A stretch of DNA of 64,000 nt from Eubacteriales bacterium (GCA_045543495.1 JAZQMO010000010.1:2240-66239), one strand, 5' to 3'. Positions 29,710 through 39,655 are shown, numbered from the stretch's first letter. Numbers and translations are program-made. Notes: generated from the letters alone by a model not told the origin.

Positions 29710-30459
29710 ATGACAAAGGAAGAAAAAGAAAGCATCGCCCGTTATGCCAAGCTCTCTCAGAGGGCCTTGGAAAGGGGAATTTATACTGAGACCCCCTTTC
29801 TCACAGAAGGGGAGCAGGCTCTTTTGAAGCAGGAAAAATTGCCCCTTCCGCCCCGCTTTGAAGGGGGATTTTGTGAGGCTCAACGCCGCCTTGCGGTGTT
29901 TGGCTCGGCAGAGGAATTCGGCTGGGAATGGGAAAGCCCCATTGTGATTTTGAAAATAGAGCCGAAAAGCAGAAAATTTGCCGAGAAGCTGACCCATCGG
30001 GATTATTTGGGGGCAATTTTAAATCTTGGCATCAAGCGGGAAATGCTGGGAGATCTCGTTTTGTCCGAGGGGGACGCCTATCTCTTTTTGCTCTCTAAAA
30101 TTTTCCCGTATTTGGTGGAGAATCTGACCCGTGTCCGTCATACGGATGTGCTCTTATCTCCCGTAGCCTGTCTCCCCGAGGGCGTGGGGATCGAGCTCTT
30201 GGAAAAAATCGTCATTGCCGCCTCCCCCAGAGTCGATGCTCTGGTGGCCGCCGTATTTGACCTGTCCCGCTCTGAGGGAAGGGAATTGGTGGAAAAGGAG
30301 AGGGTCAGCCTTTCGGGGCTTCCCGTTACCGATCCCGCCAAGGAGATTCTCGAGGGAGAGAAAATTTCGGTTCGGGGCTACGGCAAGTTCATTTTTGAAG
30401 GCGCCGTAGGTGAGACCCGAAGCGGAAGGCAGAGAATGAAAATACAGCTTTTTGTATAA
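29710..30459 (+). CDS. ylmH: YlmH/Sll1252-family S4-domain RNA-binding protein
   Basis: LTHRDYLGAILNLGIKREMLGD, RVDALVA..F.LSR, ISVRGYGK. Confidence 0.88.
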   Translation: MTKEEKESIARYAKLSQRALERGIYTETPFLTEGEQALLKQEKLPLPPRFEGGFCEAQRRLAVFGSAEEFGWEWESPIVILKIEPKSRKFAEKLTHRDYLGAILNLGIKREMLGDLVLSEGDAYLFLLSKIFPYLVENLTRVRHTDVLLSPVACLPEGVGIELLEKIVIAASPRVDALVAAVFDLSRSEGRELVEKERVSLSGLPVTDPAKEILEGEKISVRGYGKFIFEGAVGETRSGRQRMKIQLFV

Positions 30460-30469
30460 AGGAGAAAAA

Positions 30470-30937
30470 ATGGAAATCAGAAAAGCCAAGGAATGTGATC
30501 TGGAAGGCATCGGAAGCCTTCTTTCTCAGGTCCTTGAGGTGCACCATAAGGGAAGACCCGACCTGTTTTACAGCGGTGTGAAAAAATATACCGATAAGGA
30601 GGTCTTACAGATCCTCGCCGATCCTGCCCGCCCCGTCTTTGTGGCGGTGGAGGAGGGGAAGGTCTTGGGCTATGCCTTCTGTATCTTTCAGCAAATTACC
30701 GACAGCCACGTTCTCACCCCCATTAAAACCCTGTATTTGGATGACCTTTGTGTGGATGAGAGCACCCGTGGTAAGGGCGTGGGCAAAAAGCTTTATGAAG
30801 CGGTCTGCGATTTTGCCCGAGCCGAGGGCTGCTACAACCTGACCCTGAATGTATGGAATTTCCCCAATAGTGCCGTTTCCTTCTATGAAAAATTGGGAAT
30901 GAAGGTGCAGAAGCTCGGAATGGAGACCATTTTGTGA
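30470..30937 (+). CDS. GNAT family N-acetyltransferase
   Basis: LYLDDLCVDESTRGKGVG, FYEKLGM; start reassigned to ATG 30470 after AAGGAG. Confidence 0.9.
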   Translation: MEIRKAKECDLEGIGSLLSQVLEVHHKGRPDLFYSGVKKYTDKEVLQILADPARPVFVAVEEGKVLGYAFCIFQQITDSHVLTPIKTLYLDDLCVDESTRGKGVGKKLYEAVCDFARAEGCYNLTLNVWNFPNSAVSFYEKLGMKVQKLGMETIL

Positions 30938-30951
30938 TAAAAGGAGAAAGA

Positions 30952-33387
30952 ATGGAAGAATTTATCATAACGGGAATGAGCTGCGCCGCTTGCAGTGCTC
31001 GTGTGGAGGGAGCCGTCAAAAAGGTGGCGGGGGTGACATCTTGCGCCGTCAGCCTTCTGACCAATTCCATGACCGTGGAGGGCACCTTTTCCTCTGCCGA
31101 TGTGATCTCGGCCGTGGAGAAGGCGGGCTACGGCATCGGCAAAAAGGGGGAGGAGGCCAAAAAAGAAAGATCCGAGGAGAAGCAGGATCGCAGTCTTTTT
31201 TCTCTTGTGATCTCTGCTCTTCTTCTGTTGGCCTTGATGTATGTTTCCATGGGGCATATGCTCTCCCTCCCGCTCCCCGCCTTTTTCACCCCACTCTTGC
31301 AGGGGCTTTATCAGTTTCTTTTGAGCCTTGTGATCCTTGTTTTGCACCGAAAGTATTTTATCAACGGAGCCCGCGGTCTTGTGCGGGGCGGTGCCAATAT
31401 GGATACCTTGGTGTCCTTGGGCTCGGGCATTTCCTTCCTGTACAGCACCTATCTTTTGGGACGGATGCTTCTTTCCCCCGAGGAGGCAAAGGAGATTCTT
31501 CATTCCCTCTATTTTGAATCCGCCGCCATGATTTTGGTGCTCATTACCGTGGGCAAAAAGCTGGAGGCCTATTCCAAGGGAAAAACCACCTCCGCCATTC
31601 GCTCCCTCCAAAGACTTTCTCCCGATACCGCCCGTGTTTTGGTGGAAGGGGCGGAAGTGGAAAAGCGGGTGGATAAGCTCCAAAAGGGCGATCTTGTTGC
31701 CATTCGCCCCGGTGAAAACTTCCCTGTGGACGGTGTGATCCTGGAAGGGGAAGGCGCAGTAGATGAATCCGCCCTGACGGGAGAGAGCCTCCCTGTGGAT
31801 AAAAAAACAGGGGATTCGGTGTATACAGGCACCTCAAACCTTTCGGGGTATCTTGTTTGCCGTGCCGAAAAGGTGGGAGGAGAAACCACTCTGGCCCGTA
31901 TGATCGATCGGGTCATTGCCTCGGGTGCCTCCAAGGCTCCCATTGCCCGCCTTGCCGATCGGGTCTCGGCGGTCTTTGTCCCCGTGATCCTGATCCTGTC
32001 TCTTATCACTCTTTCCGTCCACCTTCTTTTGGGGGCTGAATTTGCCAAGGCCTTGGAGCACGCCATTGCCGTTCTTGTGGTCAGCTGTCCCTGCGCCTTG
32101 GGCCTTGCCACCCCCGTTGCCATTATGGTGGGAAGCGGTGTGGCCGCCCGTCACGGCGTTCTGTTCAAAACGGCAGAAAGTCTGGAAAAGGCAGGAAAAA
32201 CCAAGATCGCCGTGCTGGATAAAACAGGCACCGTCACCGAGGGAAAGCCCTCTGTTTCCGATGTCTACTGCCCCCCCGAGGTCGACCGCAGAGAATTTTT
32301 GTCTCTTGCCGTCTCCTTGGAGGAAAAAAGCGCCCATCCCTTGGCCGAGGCCATTGTCTCTTACGGAAAGAATGAAGGGATCGAGTCCCTTGCCGTGTCG
32401 GAATTCTCCTCCCGCACAGGCTTTGGAGTAGAAGGGATCGTGCAGGGGGAAAAGGTCATCGGCGGCAAAAAGGAAATGCTGTCAGCCCCTCTGTCGGATC
32501 AGGCCCTTGGCCGTGCCGAGGAATATGCCCGAGAGGGAAAAACCCCCGTGTTCTTTGAAAAGGGAGGCACATTTTTGGGGATCCTTGCCCTGTCCGATGC
32601 CATTAAGGCCGATTCCGCCAAGGCCATCGCAGAGCTTCATAAAATGGGGATCCGCACCGTAATGATCACGGGTGACCGCCAAAGAACCGCCGAAGCCATT
32701 GCCAAAAAGGCGGGGATCGATACGGTCTATGCCGAGGTTCTCCCCGAGGGCAAGGAGGAATTGGTGCGAAAGCTCTCGACGGAGGGCGCCACTATGATGG
32801 TGGGGGACGGCATCAACGATGCCCCCGCTCTCGCCGCCGCCGAGCTTGGCGTTGCCATCGGAGGAGGAATGGATGTGGCCATGGATGCCTCCGAGGTGGT
32901 TTTGATGCAGAGCCGTCTCACCTCGCTTCCTTTCCTTGTGGGGCTGTCCCGCAAGACCTTAAAGAATATTAAAGAAAACCTGTTTTGGGCCTTTTGCTAC
33001 AATTTGGTGGGAATTCCCCTTGCGGCAGGTGTGCTTGAGCCTCTTTTCGGCTGGAGCCTGACCCCCATGTTCGGTGCCGCCGCCATGAGCGTTTCCAGCT
33101 TCCTTGTGGTGTCCAACGCCCTGCGCCTGAACCTTTACGGAGAAAAGAAAGAAAAACAAAGAAAAATAAAAAAGGAGAATAAAACGATGGAAACAGTTTT
33201 AAAGATCGAAGGGATGATGTGCCCCCACTGCGAGGCTCACGTAAAAAAAGCGCTGGAGGCGCTGGAGGGAGTCCAAGAGGCCATTCCAAGCCACGAGAAG
33301 AACGAGGCCCGTGTGATCCTGTCCTCTCCCGTTCCTTATGAAGTCTTAAAGGAGACCGTGGAAAAAGAGGGCTATAAGGTTCTGTAA
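30952..33387 (+). CDS. copA: Cu(I)-translocating P1B-type ATPase with N- and C-terminal HMA domains
   Basis: GMSCAAC, TGES, CPCALGLATP, DKTGT, HP, GDGINDAP, YN and MSVSS TM motifs, C-terminal GMMCPHC; ATG 30952 after AAGGAG. Confidence 0.93.
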   Translation: MEEFIITGMSCAACSARVEGAVKKVAGVTSCAVSLLTNSMTVEGTFSSADVISAVEKAGYGIGKKGEEAKKERSEEKQDRSLFSLVISALLLLALMYVSMGHMLSLPLPAFFTPLLQGLYQFLLSLVILVLHRKYFINGARGLVRGGANMDTLVSLGSGISFLYSTYLLGRMLLSPEEAKEILHSLYFESAAMILVLITVGKKLEAYSKGKTTSAIRSLQRLSPDTARVLVEGAEVEKRVDKLQKGDLVAIRPGENFPVDGVILEGEGAVDESALTGESLPVDKKTGDSVYTGTSNLSGYLVCRAEKVGGETTLARMIDRVIASGASKAPIARLADRVSAVFVPVILILSLITLSVHLLLGAEFAKALEHAIAVLVVSCPCALGLATPVAIMVGSGVAARHGVLFKTAESLEKAGKTKIAVLDKTGTVTEGKPSVSDVYCPPEVDRREFLSLAVSLEEKSAHPLAEAIVSYGKNEGIESLAVSEFSSRTGFGVEGIVQGEKVIGGKKEMLSAPLSDQALGRAEEYAREGKTPVFFEKGGTFLGILALSDAIKADSAKAIAELHKMGIRTVMITGDRQRTAEAIAKKAGIDTVYAEVLPEGKEELVRKLSTEGATMMVGDGINDAPALAAAELGVAIGGGMDVAMDASEVVLMQSRLTSLPFLVGLSRKTLKNIKENLFWAFCYNLVGIPLAAGVLEPLFGWSLTPMFGAAAMSVSSFLVVSNALRLNLYGEKKEKQRKIKKENKTMETVLKIEGMMCPHCEAHVKKALEALEGVQEAIPSHEKNEARVILSSPVPYEVLKETVEKEGYKVL
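33187..33387 (+). CDS. Putative internally initiated 66-aa CopZ-like copper chaperone, in frame within copA
   Basis: AAGGAG at 33172-33177, 9-nt spacer, ATG 33187 in an A-rich linker; METVLKIEGMMCPHC... is a complete HMA domain. Confidence 0.5.
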   Translation: METVLKIEGMMCPHCEAHVKKALEALEGVQEAIPSHEKNEARVILSSPVPYEVLKETVEKEGYKVL

Positions 33388-33492
33388 AGAGTGAAAATGA
33401 ATAGTTTTCATTTTACTTGAATATTTAATGATAAATATTCGTTCAAAATGGAAAAAACGTGGAAAAACCTGCAAAAAATCAAGGGAAACCTA

Positions 33493-33521
33493 TTGCATTT
33501 TATTCTGTGTTGTGATAAGAT
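33493..33521 (+). promoter_or_regulatory. SigA-like promoter of argG
   Basis: TTGCAT-17bp-TAAGAT with TG extension. Confidence 0.55.
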
Positions 33522-33562
33522 AGGTGCAGTTTAGGATTTGTAATCCAATGGGAGGAAACAAA

Positions 33563-34789
33563 ATGAAAAAAGACATTAAGAAAGTCGTACTTGCTTATTC
33601 CGGAGGTCTGGATACCTCTATCATTATTCCGTGGCTGAAGGAGAATTACAACAACCCCGAGATCATTGCCGTTTCCGGTAATGTGGGTCAGGCAGATGAA
33701 TTGGAGGGCTTGGAGGAAAAGGCCATCAAGACCGGTGCTTCCAAGTGCTACATTGAGGATCTGACCGAAGAATTCGTAGAAGAAATGGTGATTCCCACCG
33801 TTCAGGCAGGCGCCAAGTATGAGGAGTACCTGATGGGTACCGCTCTGGCCCGTCCCATCATCGCAAAGCGTCTTTGTGAGATCGCCATTGCAGAAGGGGC
33901 AGATGCCATTTGCCACGGCTGCACCGGTAAGGGAAATGACCAGGTTCGTTTTGAGCTTGCCATCAAGGCCTTTGCTCCTCAGATGACCATCATCGCTCCC
34001 TGGCGTGAGTGGGATATCAAGTCCCGTGAAGAAGAGATCGCCTATGCTGAGGCACACAATGTTCCCCTGAAGATCAACCGTGAGACCAACTATTCCAAGG
34101 ATAAGAATATGTGGCACCTTTCACACGAGGGTCTGGATCTGGAGGATACGGGAAATGAGCCCCTTTACGAAAAGGAAGGCTTCTTGGAAATGGGCGTTTC
34201 TCCCATGCAGGCTCCCGATGAACCCACCTATCTGACTCTGGAGTTCGAGGCAGGCCGCCCCGTAGCTTTGGACGGCGTTAAGATGAGCGCCAAGGAGATC
34301 ATTCTCAAACTCAATGAATTGGGCGGTAAGAACGGTATCGGTCTTTTGGATATCGTGGAGAACCGTTTGGTCGGTATGAAGTGCCGCGGCGTATATGAGA
34401 CCCCCGGCGGAGCCATCCTGTATTTTGCTCACAACTATCTGGAGACCCTGTGTCTGGATAAAATGACCAAGCATAAGAAGGAAGAGCTTTCCATCACCTT
34501 TGGTGAGCTTCTTTACAACGGTCAGTGGTACACCCCCCTGCGTGAGGCGCTCTCCGCCTTCGTAGAAAAGACTCAGGAGCATATGACCGGTAAGGTTCGC
34601 ATCAAGCTCTACAAGGGCAATATGATCAAGGCAGGCGCTTGGAGCGATTGGTCCCTCTACTCCGAAGAGATCGCAACCTTTGAGGAGGATGAGGTTTACG
34701 ATCAGACCGATGCTACCGGCTTTATCAACCTGTGGGGTCTTCCCATTTCCGTTCAGGCGCAGGTCAACGCCAAGAATCAGAAGAAGTAA
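33563..34789 (+). CDS. argG: Argininosuccinate synthase
   Basis: [41 protein letters not shown]; start reassigned to ATG 33563 after GGAGG. Confidence 0.98.
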   Translation: MKKDIKKVVLAYSGGLDTSIIIPWLKENYNNPEIIAVSGNVGQADELEGLEEKAIKTGASKCYIEDLTEEFVEEMVIPTVQAGAKYEEYLMGTALARPIIAKRLCEIAIAEGADAICHGCTGKGNDQVRFELAIKAFAPQMTIIAPWREWDIKSREEEIAYAEAHNVPLKINRETNYSKDKNMWHLSHEGLDLEDTGNEPLYEKEGFLEMGVSPMQAPDEPTYLTLEFEAGRPVALDGVKMSAKEIILKLNELGGKNGIGLLDIVENRLVGMKCRGVYETPGGAILYFAHNYLETLCLDKMTKHKKEELSITFGELLYNGQWYTPLREALSAFVEKTQEHMTGKVRIKLYKGNMIKAGAWSDWSLYSEEIATFEEDEVYDQTDATGFINLWGLPISVQAQVNAKNQKK

Positions 34790-34797
34790 GACAAAAG

Positions 34798-34832
34798 AAA
34801 ATTGCAGTTCCTTTCGGGAACTGCAATTTTTT
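34798..34832. terminator. Bidirectional terminator between argG and the AEC gene
   Basis: AAAATTGCAGTTCC-TTTC-GGGAACTGCAATTTTTT. Confidence 0.85.
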
Positions 34833-34843
34833 TATTGCTTTTT

Positions 34844-35788
34844 TCAGGCAAACAGGAAATGAAACAGCATAAAAATGAGGGGAATGGTCAGGCAGGAGAG
34901 AAGGTGGGAGATCAGCGCCATTTGCGCCGCCACGGTGGGGTCCTTGCCGTAAGCGGAGGGCACCACGATGGTATTGAGCCCCAAGGGCATGGCCAGTGCA
35001 CAAACGCAGCAGAGGGTAATGCCGTAGGGAAGGGAGAGGGGAATGAGAATTCCGATTCCCAAAAGGGGCATCACCACAAGGCGAAGGAAGGAGACCGCAT
35101 AGACCGAGGCATTTTTGAAGGCGGCCAAAAGGTCGATCCCCGCAATGGTAATACCCGTCAGAAGCATGGCCACGGGGGACATACAGCTGCCCAGAGTGGA
35201 AATGGTGGAGGAAACAAAGCCCGGCAGGGGGAGAGAGGTAATGCCCAAAATCATTCCGATGACCATACCGCCGAACATGGGGTTGCAAAGCTTTTTCAGC
35301 CCCTCCAAAGGATGGCCCTTTTCTTCGGTCTCCGGCATCAGAAGGGCGGGAACTCCCCAAACATAAATAATGGCCCAGGAGGGGATCACAAAGACCAGAT
35401 AGTTCATAAAAATATCGGGGAACAGGGCCGCCACCACGGCATTTCCCATAAATCCGAAATTGGAGAAGGAAAGACCGTAGGTGTAGATCTTGCGAATGTA
35501 GTGATCCTTGGAGCAGAATCTTGCCACCAATACGGCAAACAAAACGGAAAGGACGGCCAAAACCGTTCCCGCCAAAAGATACAGCCCCGCCTCCCGAAAG
35601 CTATCGAGGGTAAAGTGGGTCAGGAAGGTGCCCATGGCAAGGGCGGGGATCAAAACGTTGTTTTCCAGCTTGGAAAGCACCGCGGCGCTTTCCTTTGGCA
35701 AAAGCTTGAAGCGAGATAAAACATAGCCGATGGCGATCATCAGGAGCAAAAAGCCCATCTGATTGATGGTGGAGAGAAAAACCGTCAC
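34844..35788 (-). CDS. AEC (auxin efflux carrier/malate permease) family transporter
   Basis: Multi-TM; FSNFGFMG, NP, AMP motifs; GTG start 35788 after AAGGAG overlapping the upstream stop. Confidence 0.85.
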   Translation of the reverse strand: MTVFLSTINQMGFLLLMIAIGYVLSRFKLLPKESAAVLSKLENNVLIPALAMGTFLTHFTLDSFREAGLYLLAGTVLAVLSVLFAVLVARFCSKDHYIRKIYTYGLSFSNFGFMGNAVVAALFPDIFMNYLVFVIPSWAIIYVWGVPALLMPETEEKGHPLEGLKKLCNPMFGGMVIGMILGITSLPLPGFVSSTISTLGSCMSPVAMLLTGITIAGIDLLAAFKNASVYAVSFLRLVVMPLLGIGILIPLSLPYGITLCCVCALAMPLGLNTIVVPSAYGKDPTVAAQMALISHLLSCLTIPLIFMLFHFLFA

Positions 35789-36561
35789 TTTACAAGGCTC
35801 CTTCCTTCCCAATCGGAGGACTTGGGAATTTCCATCAGATCGGCAATGGTGGGAGCCAAATCCAAAAGGCTGATCTCATCGCTTCTTTCCTCACCGCATT
35901 GGAAGGCATTTCCGATGAAGAACATGGGAATGGTCATATCCTCGGGCAGATCGGTTCCGTGGGCACGGTCATGTCCGCCGTGGTCTGCGGTGACGACGAT
36001 GCTGTATTCCTCACCGAATTCCTCCCATACTCTCTTTACCTGATCAATGGCGGTGGAAATGTATCCCAAATAAGCCTCGCTCATCCAGCCGTTGTCGTGG
36101 CCGCCCTTTTCATCGGTCTCCACCAGATACAGGAAGACAAAATCGGGTCTGCACTTGCGGATCCGCTCCAGAGCGCAGTCGGTGAGGGCGCGGTCGGTAT
36201 CATCATCCTGACGGGCGCGAATGAAGGTGGAATAGGCCAGCGTGAGAGGGGCGGAAACATCACGCAGGGGCTCCCAGCCGTAATACATGGCGGAAATACC
36301 GCCTGCCGCCTTGATCTTATCAAACAGGCTTTCCAAGGGATGGGAGAAGGGAATAAACTGGTTTGTGGTAATGCCGTGTCTCTGGGGAGGGACGCTGTGA
36401 AACATAGACATATGACAGGGCAGGGTCTTGGAAGGGAATACGCTCTTTGCTTTCAGGGTGTAGGCTCCAAGCTCCATCAAGGTCTTGGCAAAGGGGTTGC
36501 CGCAGGCCAAAAAGCCGTCGGGCCGCATTGCGTCAATTGAGATCAGAATTGCTTTTTTCAT
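35785..36561 (-). CDS. Alkaline phosphatase superfamily (NPP/phosphodiesterase-like) protein
   Basis: ISIDAMRPD, PSKTLPCH (Thr nucleophile), TDEKGGH, TADHGGH. Confidence 0.85.
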   Translation of the reverse strand: MKKAILISIDAMRPDGFLACGNPFAKTLMELGAYTLKAKSVFPSKTLPCHMSMFHSVPPQRHGITTNQFIPFSHPLESLFDKIKAAGGISAMYYGWEPLRDVSAPLTLAYSTFIRARQDDDTDRALTDCALERIRKCRPDFVFLYLVETDEKGGHDNGWMSEAYLGYISTAIDQVKRVWEEFGEEYSIVVTADHGGHDRAHGTDLPEDMTIPMFFIGNAFQCGEERSDEISLLDLAPTIADLMEIPKSSDWEGRSLVK

Positions 36562-37414
36562 GGTTCGTTCCTCCTTGGTAACGGATATTTTCTAAAATTT
36601 GATTTCGGGAATGAATGTGTCTGGTAAAGCTGTCATAATCCTTGGTGGCAAGGATCATGGTCAGGGCATCCACCAGACAAAGATGGCCAAGCCTTGCGGA
36701 AACCGCTTCTACGGGGTAGTTTGATTCATCGGCATAAACGGCCACCGAAAGATCGCTCTCCCGATACAGAGGGCTGTCGGCAAAGCTTGTGAGGGAGAGC
36801 ACCGTTGCTCCGCCCTTTTTGGCAGTGCGAACGGCATCCACCACCGCCTTGGTTCGTCCACTGTGGGAAATGGCCAAAACCACGTCTTCGGGCCCCGCAT
36901 TGGAGGCGGAGACATTCATAAACAAAATGTCGGTATAGGCCGCCGCCCAAAGCCCCAGTTGAGACAGGCGGTACTGGGCATCCACGGCAATCACGGAGGA
37001 GGTGCCCACACCAAAGAGAAAAATCCGCTTGGCCCCCTCCAAAAGAGCGGCCATTTGAAGGATCCGTTCTCGGTCGATGAGACCCAAGGTGTCCTTCAGA
37101 GTGCCCACGGCGTTTTGAAAGACCTTGTCCACGATATGCTCTGCCGTATCCCCCTTTTGAAAGGCGGGCAGTCGGGAAGTACTCTCTCGTTTTCCCATTT
37201 CCTGAGCCAAAGCGATCTTCAATTGGGAAAAGCCCTCCAGCCCGATGGATTTGCAAAAGCGGATCACGGCGGAGGGAGCGGTGCCGCTTATTTTTGCTAC
37301 CTGACTTGCCGTGGAGCGGATCACCTCTTCGGGAGAAGAAAGGATCTGATCGGCAATTCTTTTTTCCACGGGAGTCAGAATGGCGTAGTGCTTTTTGATA
37401 CTGTTTGTAATCAC
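36533..37414 (-). CDS. MurR/RpiR family transcriptional regulator
   Basis: N-terminal HTH (SAVIRFCKSIGLEGFSQLK) and SIS domain (GVGTS, ISHSGRT). Confidence 0.92.
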   Translation of the reverse strand: MITNSIKKHYAILTPVEKRIADQILSSPEEVIRSTASQVAKISGTAPSAVIRFCKSIGLEGFSQLKIALAQEMGKRESTSRLPAFQKGDTAEHIVDKVFQNAVGTLKDTLGLIDRERILQMAALLEGAKRIFLFGVGTSSVIAVDAQYRLSQLGLWAAAYTDILFMNVSASNAGPEDVVLAISHSGRTKAVVDAVRTAKKGGATVLSLTSFADSPLYRESDLSVAVYADESNYPVEAVSARLGHLCLVDALTMILATKDYDSFTRHIHSRNQILENIRYQGGTNHEKSNSDLN

Positions 37415-37501
37415 ACATCCTCCTTGAAAATTTATTCTAATAATATGTAAATCACTGATATAAAATTCTAAACTCTTTCCTTTGATTTGTCAAGGGAAAA
37501 C

Positions 37502-37535
37502 AAAAAAATCCGTGTATTTTTTACACGGATTTTTT
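37502..37535 (-). terminator. Terminator after rsmI
   Basis: AAAAAAATCCGTGTA-TTTT-TTACACGGATTTTTT. Confidence 0.75.
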
Positions 37536-37538
37536 CTC

Positions 37539-38477
37539 TTATTGAAACAGCTCCTTCAAGCGAATGGCGGCAGCCTTCAAATCGTTTTTCTTAAAGGGGG
37601 AGTCACCCCGCAAAACGAGGGCCTCTACCGCATCCCGCAGAGAGGGGGCACCGCCGATCATTTCCTCTACCAAGGCCGCCTCGGGAGAATGGGGAAGGGC
37701 TTTTTCTTCCTTCTTTTCCTCCTGCACGGGCATTTCCACAATGAGGGTAAATTCTCCTTTTTCCGCATTGGGGTTGGCCTCAAGCTCCGATAGCACCTGC
37801 GAGGGGCTTCCTCGGTAAAAGCGCTCGTGGGTCTTGGTCAGATCGTTGCACAGGCAAATTCTCGCCTCGGGCAGCTTTTCTGCAAGATATGCGGCGGTCT
37901 TCAGGATCCTTTTGGGGGATTCGTAATAAATAAAGGTGCGGGTCACACCGCTTTGCAGTCGCTCCAATTCCTTCTTGCGATCACTGTTTTCCTTGGGGAA
38001 AAAGCCGCAGAAGAGAAAGGAGGTCAGATCAAAGCCCGAAACGCTCACCCCGCTGACGGCGGCGCAGGCACCGGGAACGGGGATCACGGGAAAGCCCTCC
38101 TCCAGCGCCCTTTTAATAAGTTCATTTCCCGGATCGGAAATGCAGGGGGTGCCCGCATCGGAGATCACCGCAATGCTTTTGCCGTCACGGAGGGCACTGA
38201 GAAACAATTCCGTTTTGCGGTGCTCATTGAATTTTTGGTTGGAGATCACTTCTTTGCGGATCCCCAAAATATTCAGGAGAATATAGCTTCTTCGGGTATC
38301 CTCCGCAGCGATCAGGTCTACCCCCTCCAATACCTTGATGGCACGAACCGACAGATCCACGATCCGTCCGATGGGGGTTGCCACCACGTACAAAACACCG
38401 CCGGTGACGTAAACCTCTTTTTCCTTCAATCGCTCCAGTCCCTCTTCCAATTCCTCGGGGAACAGGCTATGATCCAT
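37539..38477 (-). CDS. rsmI: 16S rRNA (cytidine1402-2'-O)-methyltransferase
   Basis: LYVVATPIG, AAEDTR, SDAGTPCISDPG, YESPKR, LTKTHE. Confidence 0.93.
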   Translation of the reverse strand: MDHSLFPEELEEGLERLKEKEVYVTGGVLYVVATPIGRIVDLSVRAIKVLEGVDLIAAEDTRRSYILLNILGIRKEVISNQKFNEHRKTELFLSALRDGKSIAVISDAGTPCISDPGNELIKRALEEGFPVIPVPGACAAVSGVSVSGFDLTSFLFCGFFPKENSDRKKELERLQSGVTRTFIYYESPKRILKTAAYLAEKLPEARICLCNDLTKTHERFYRGSPSQVLSELEANPNAEKGEFTLIVEMPVQEEKKEEKALPHSPEAALVEEMIGGAPSLRDAVEALVLRGDSPFKKNDLKAAAIRLKELFQ

Positions 38478-39643
38478 CAGGAGTCCTCCTTCATTCGTAA
38501 GTGCAAGAGAGTCTGGCGAAAGCCGTATTTCTCTTCCATTTCTGTTAAATGCTTCAGGCTCTTAGGCCTTGAGCCTGCCTTCTTTTTGGCTCTCAGCATC
38601 AGGTTTTTGGGAGAGTGGGCAAAGTCCACAAATTCCAAAACATCCACCCGATAGCCCTCACTTTCCAAAATTTTCGCACGGAAGGCATCGGTCAATAGGG
38701 CACTCATTCTTTCCTTGAAAAGACCGTGGCCCAAAAACAGATCCAGCTCTCCTTGCCCCTTTTTGATCTGTGACAGCACCTCGTGCTGACAGCAGGGGAC
38801 GGAGAAAATATAGGGAACCTCCCGCTCCAGAGCAAAATTCAAGGCGTAGTCCGTGGCAATGTCACAGGCGTGCAAGGAAATCACAAAGTCAATGGGGCGC
38901 TGGGCAAGGGCATCCCGAGTTACATCCGCCACCACAAAGGAAAGCCCGTGATAACCAAATTTCTTGGCCAAGGCGTTGCAGTTTGCCACCACGTCCTCTT
39001 TCAGATCGTACCCCGTGATATGAACCCGCTTTTTCTTTAATACGGCAAAATAATAATAGACGAAAAAGGTCAGATAGGATTTTCCGCAGCCGAAATCCAA
39101 AACGGAAATTTCCTCTTTTTCAAAATCGCTGAAGGCGTGATCCAAAATTTCAATGAAGCGGTTGATCTGGCGAAACTTATCGTACATGGCGTGAACCACC
39201 TTGTACTCCTTGGTAAAAACGCCGAGCTCCACCATAAAGGGAACGGGATCGCCCTCGCGGATCAGGTAGTTTTTCTCCCGATTGTGGCTTGTTTCCACCT
39301 TGGCGGGAGCTGTCTTCCGATTGACGCTTCGGCTTACCTTTCCCTTTTTGGAGATGCGAAAGGAGATCTCCCCCTCCGGCACAAACAGATTGATCTGCCG
39401 AAAATGCCTCTCCTCAAGGCTTTTCTTTACAAAGGGGAGAACACCGCCTTCCTCAAGGCTTTTTTGCTTTGCCTGATTGTTCACGGTGCTTTCCACGGAA
39501 AAGGCGCTCTTTCCCTCCCTTGTGACTCTTCTTTTCAAAAGGAGTTTATCGGGCAGGGAAGGGTCTTTTTCCTTGGGAGCGCTCAGGATCAGGCGGGAAA
39601 AGGAATCCAATCTTTGTTCAATTTCCGTCAAAAGAAGCTGCAT
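38477..39643 (-). CDS. Class I SAM-dependent methyltransferase
   Basis: KFRQINRF, LDFGCGKSYLTF, SLHACDIATD, PCCQHE, HSPKN. Confidence 0.88.
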   Translation of the reverse strand: MQLLLTEIEQRLDSFSRLILSAPKEKDPSLPDKLLLKRRVTREGKSAFSVESTVNNQAKQKSLEEGGVLPFVKKSLEERHFRQINLFVPEGEISFRISKKGKVSRSVNRKTAPAKVETSHNREKNYLIREGDPVPFMVELGVFTKEYKVVHAMYDKFRQINRFIEILDHAFSDFEKEEISVLDFGCGKSYLTFFVYYYFAVLKKKRVHITGYDLKEDVVANCNALAKKFGYHGLSFVVADVTRDALAQRPIDFVISLHACDIATDYALNFALEREVPYIFSVPCCQHEVLSQIKKGQGELDLFLGHGLFKERMSALLTDAFRAKILESEGYRVDVLEFVDFAHSPKNLMLRAKKKAGSRPKSLKHLTEMEEKYGFRQTLLHLRMKEDS

Positions 39644-39655
39644 GGTGCCTCCGTA

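Noticed and set aside
22670-29997. Mutually similar antisense ORFs across the paralog array (e.g. 27144-28301, 28219-29997)
   Set aside because: Their similarity only mirrors the sense-strand paralogs
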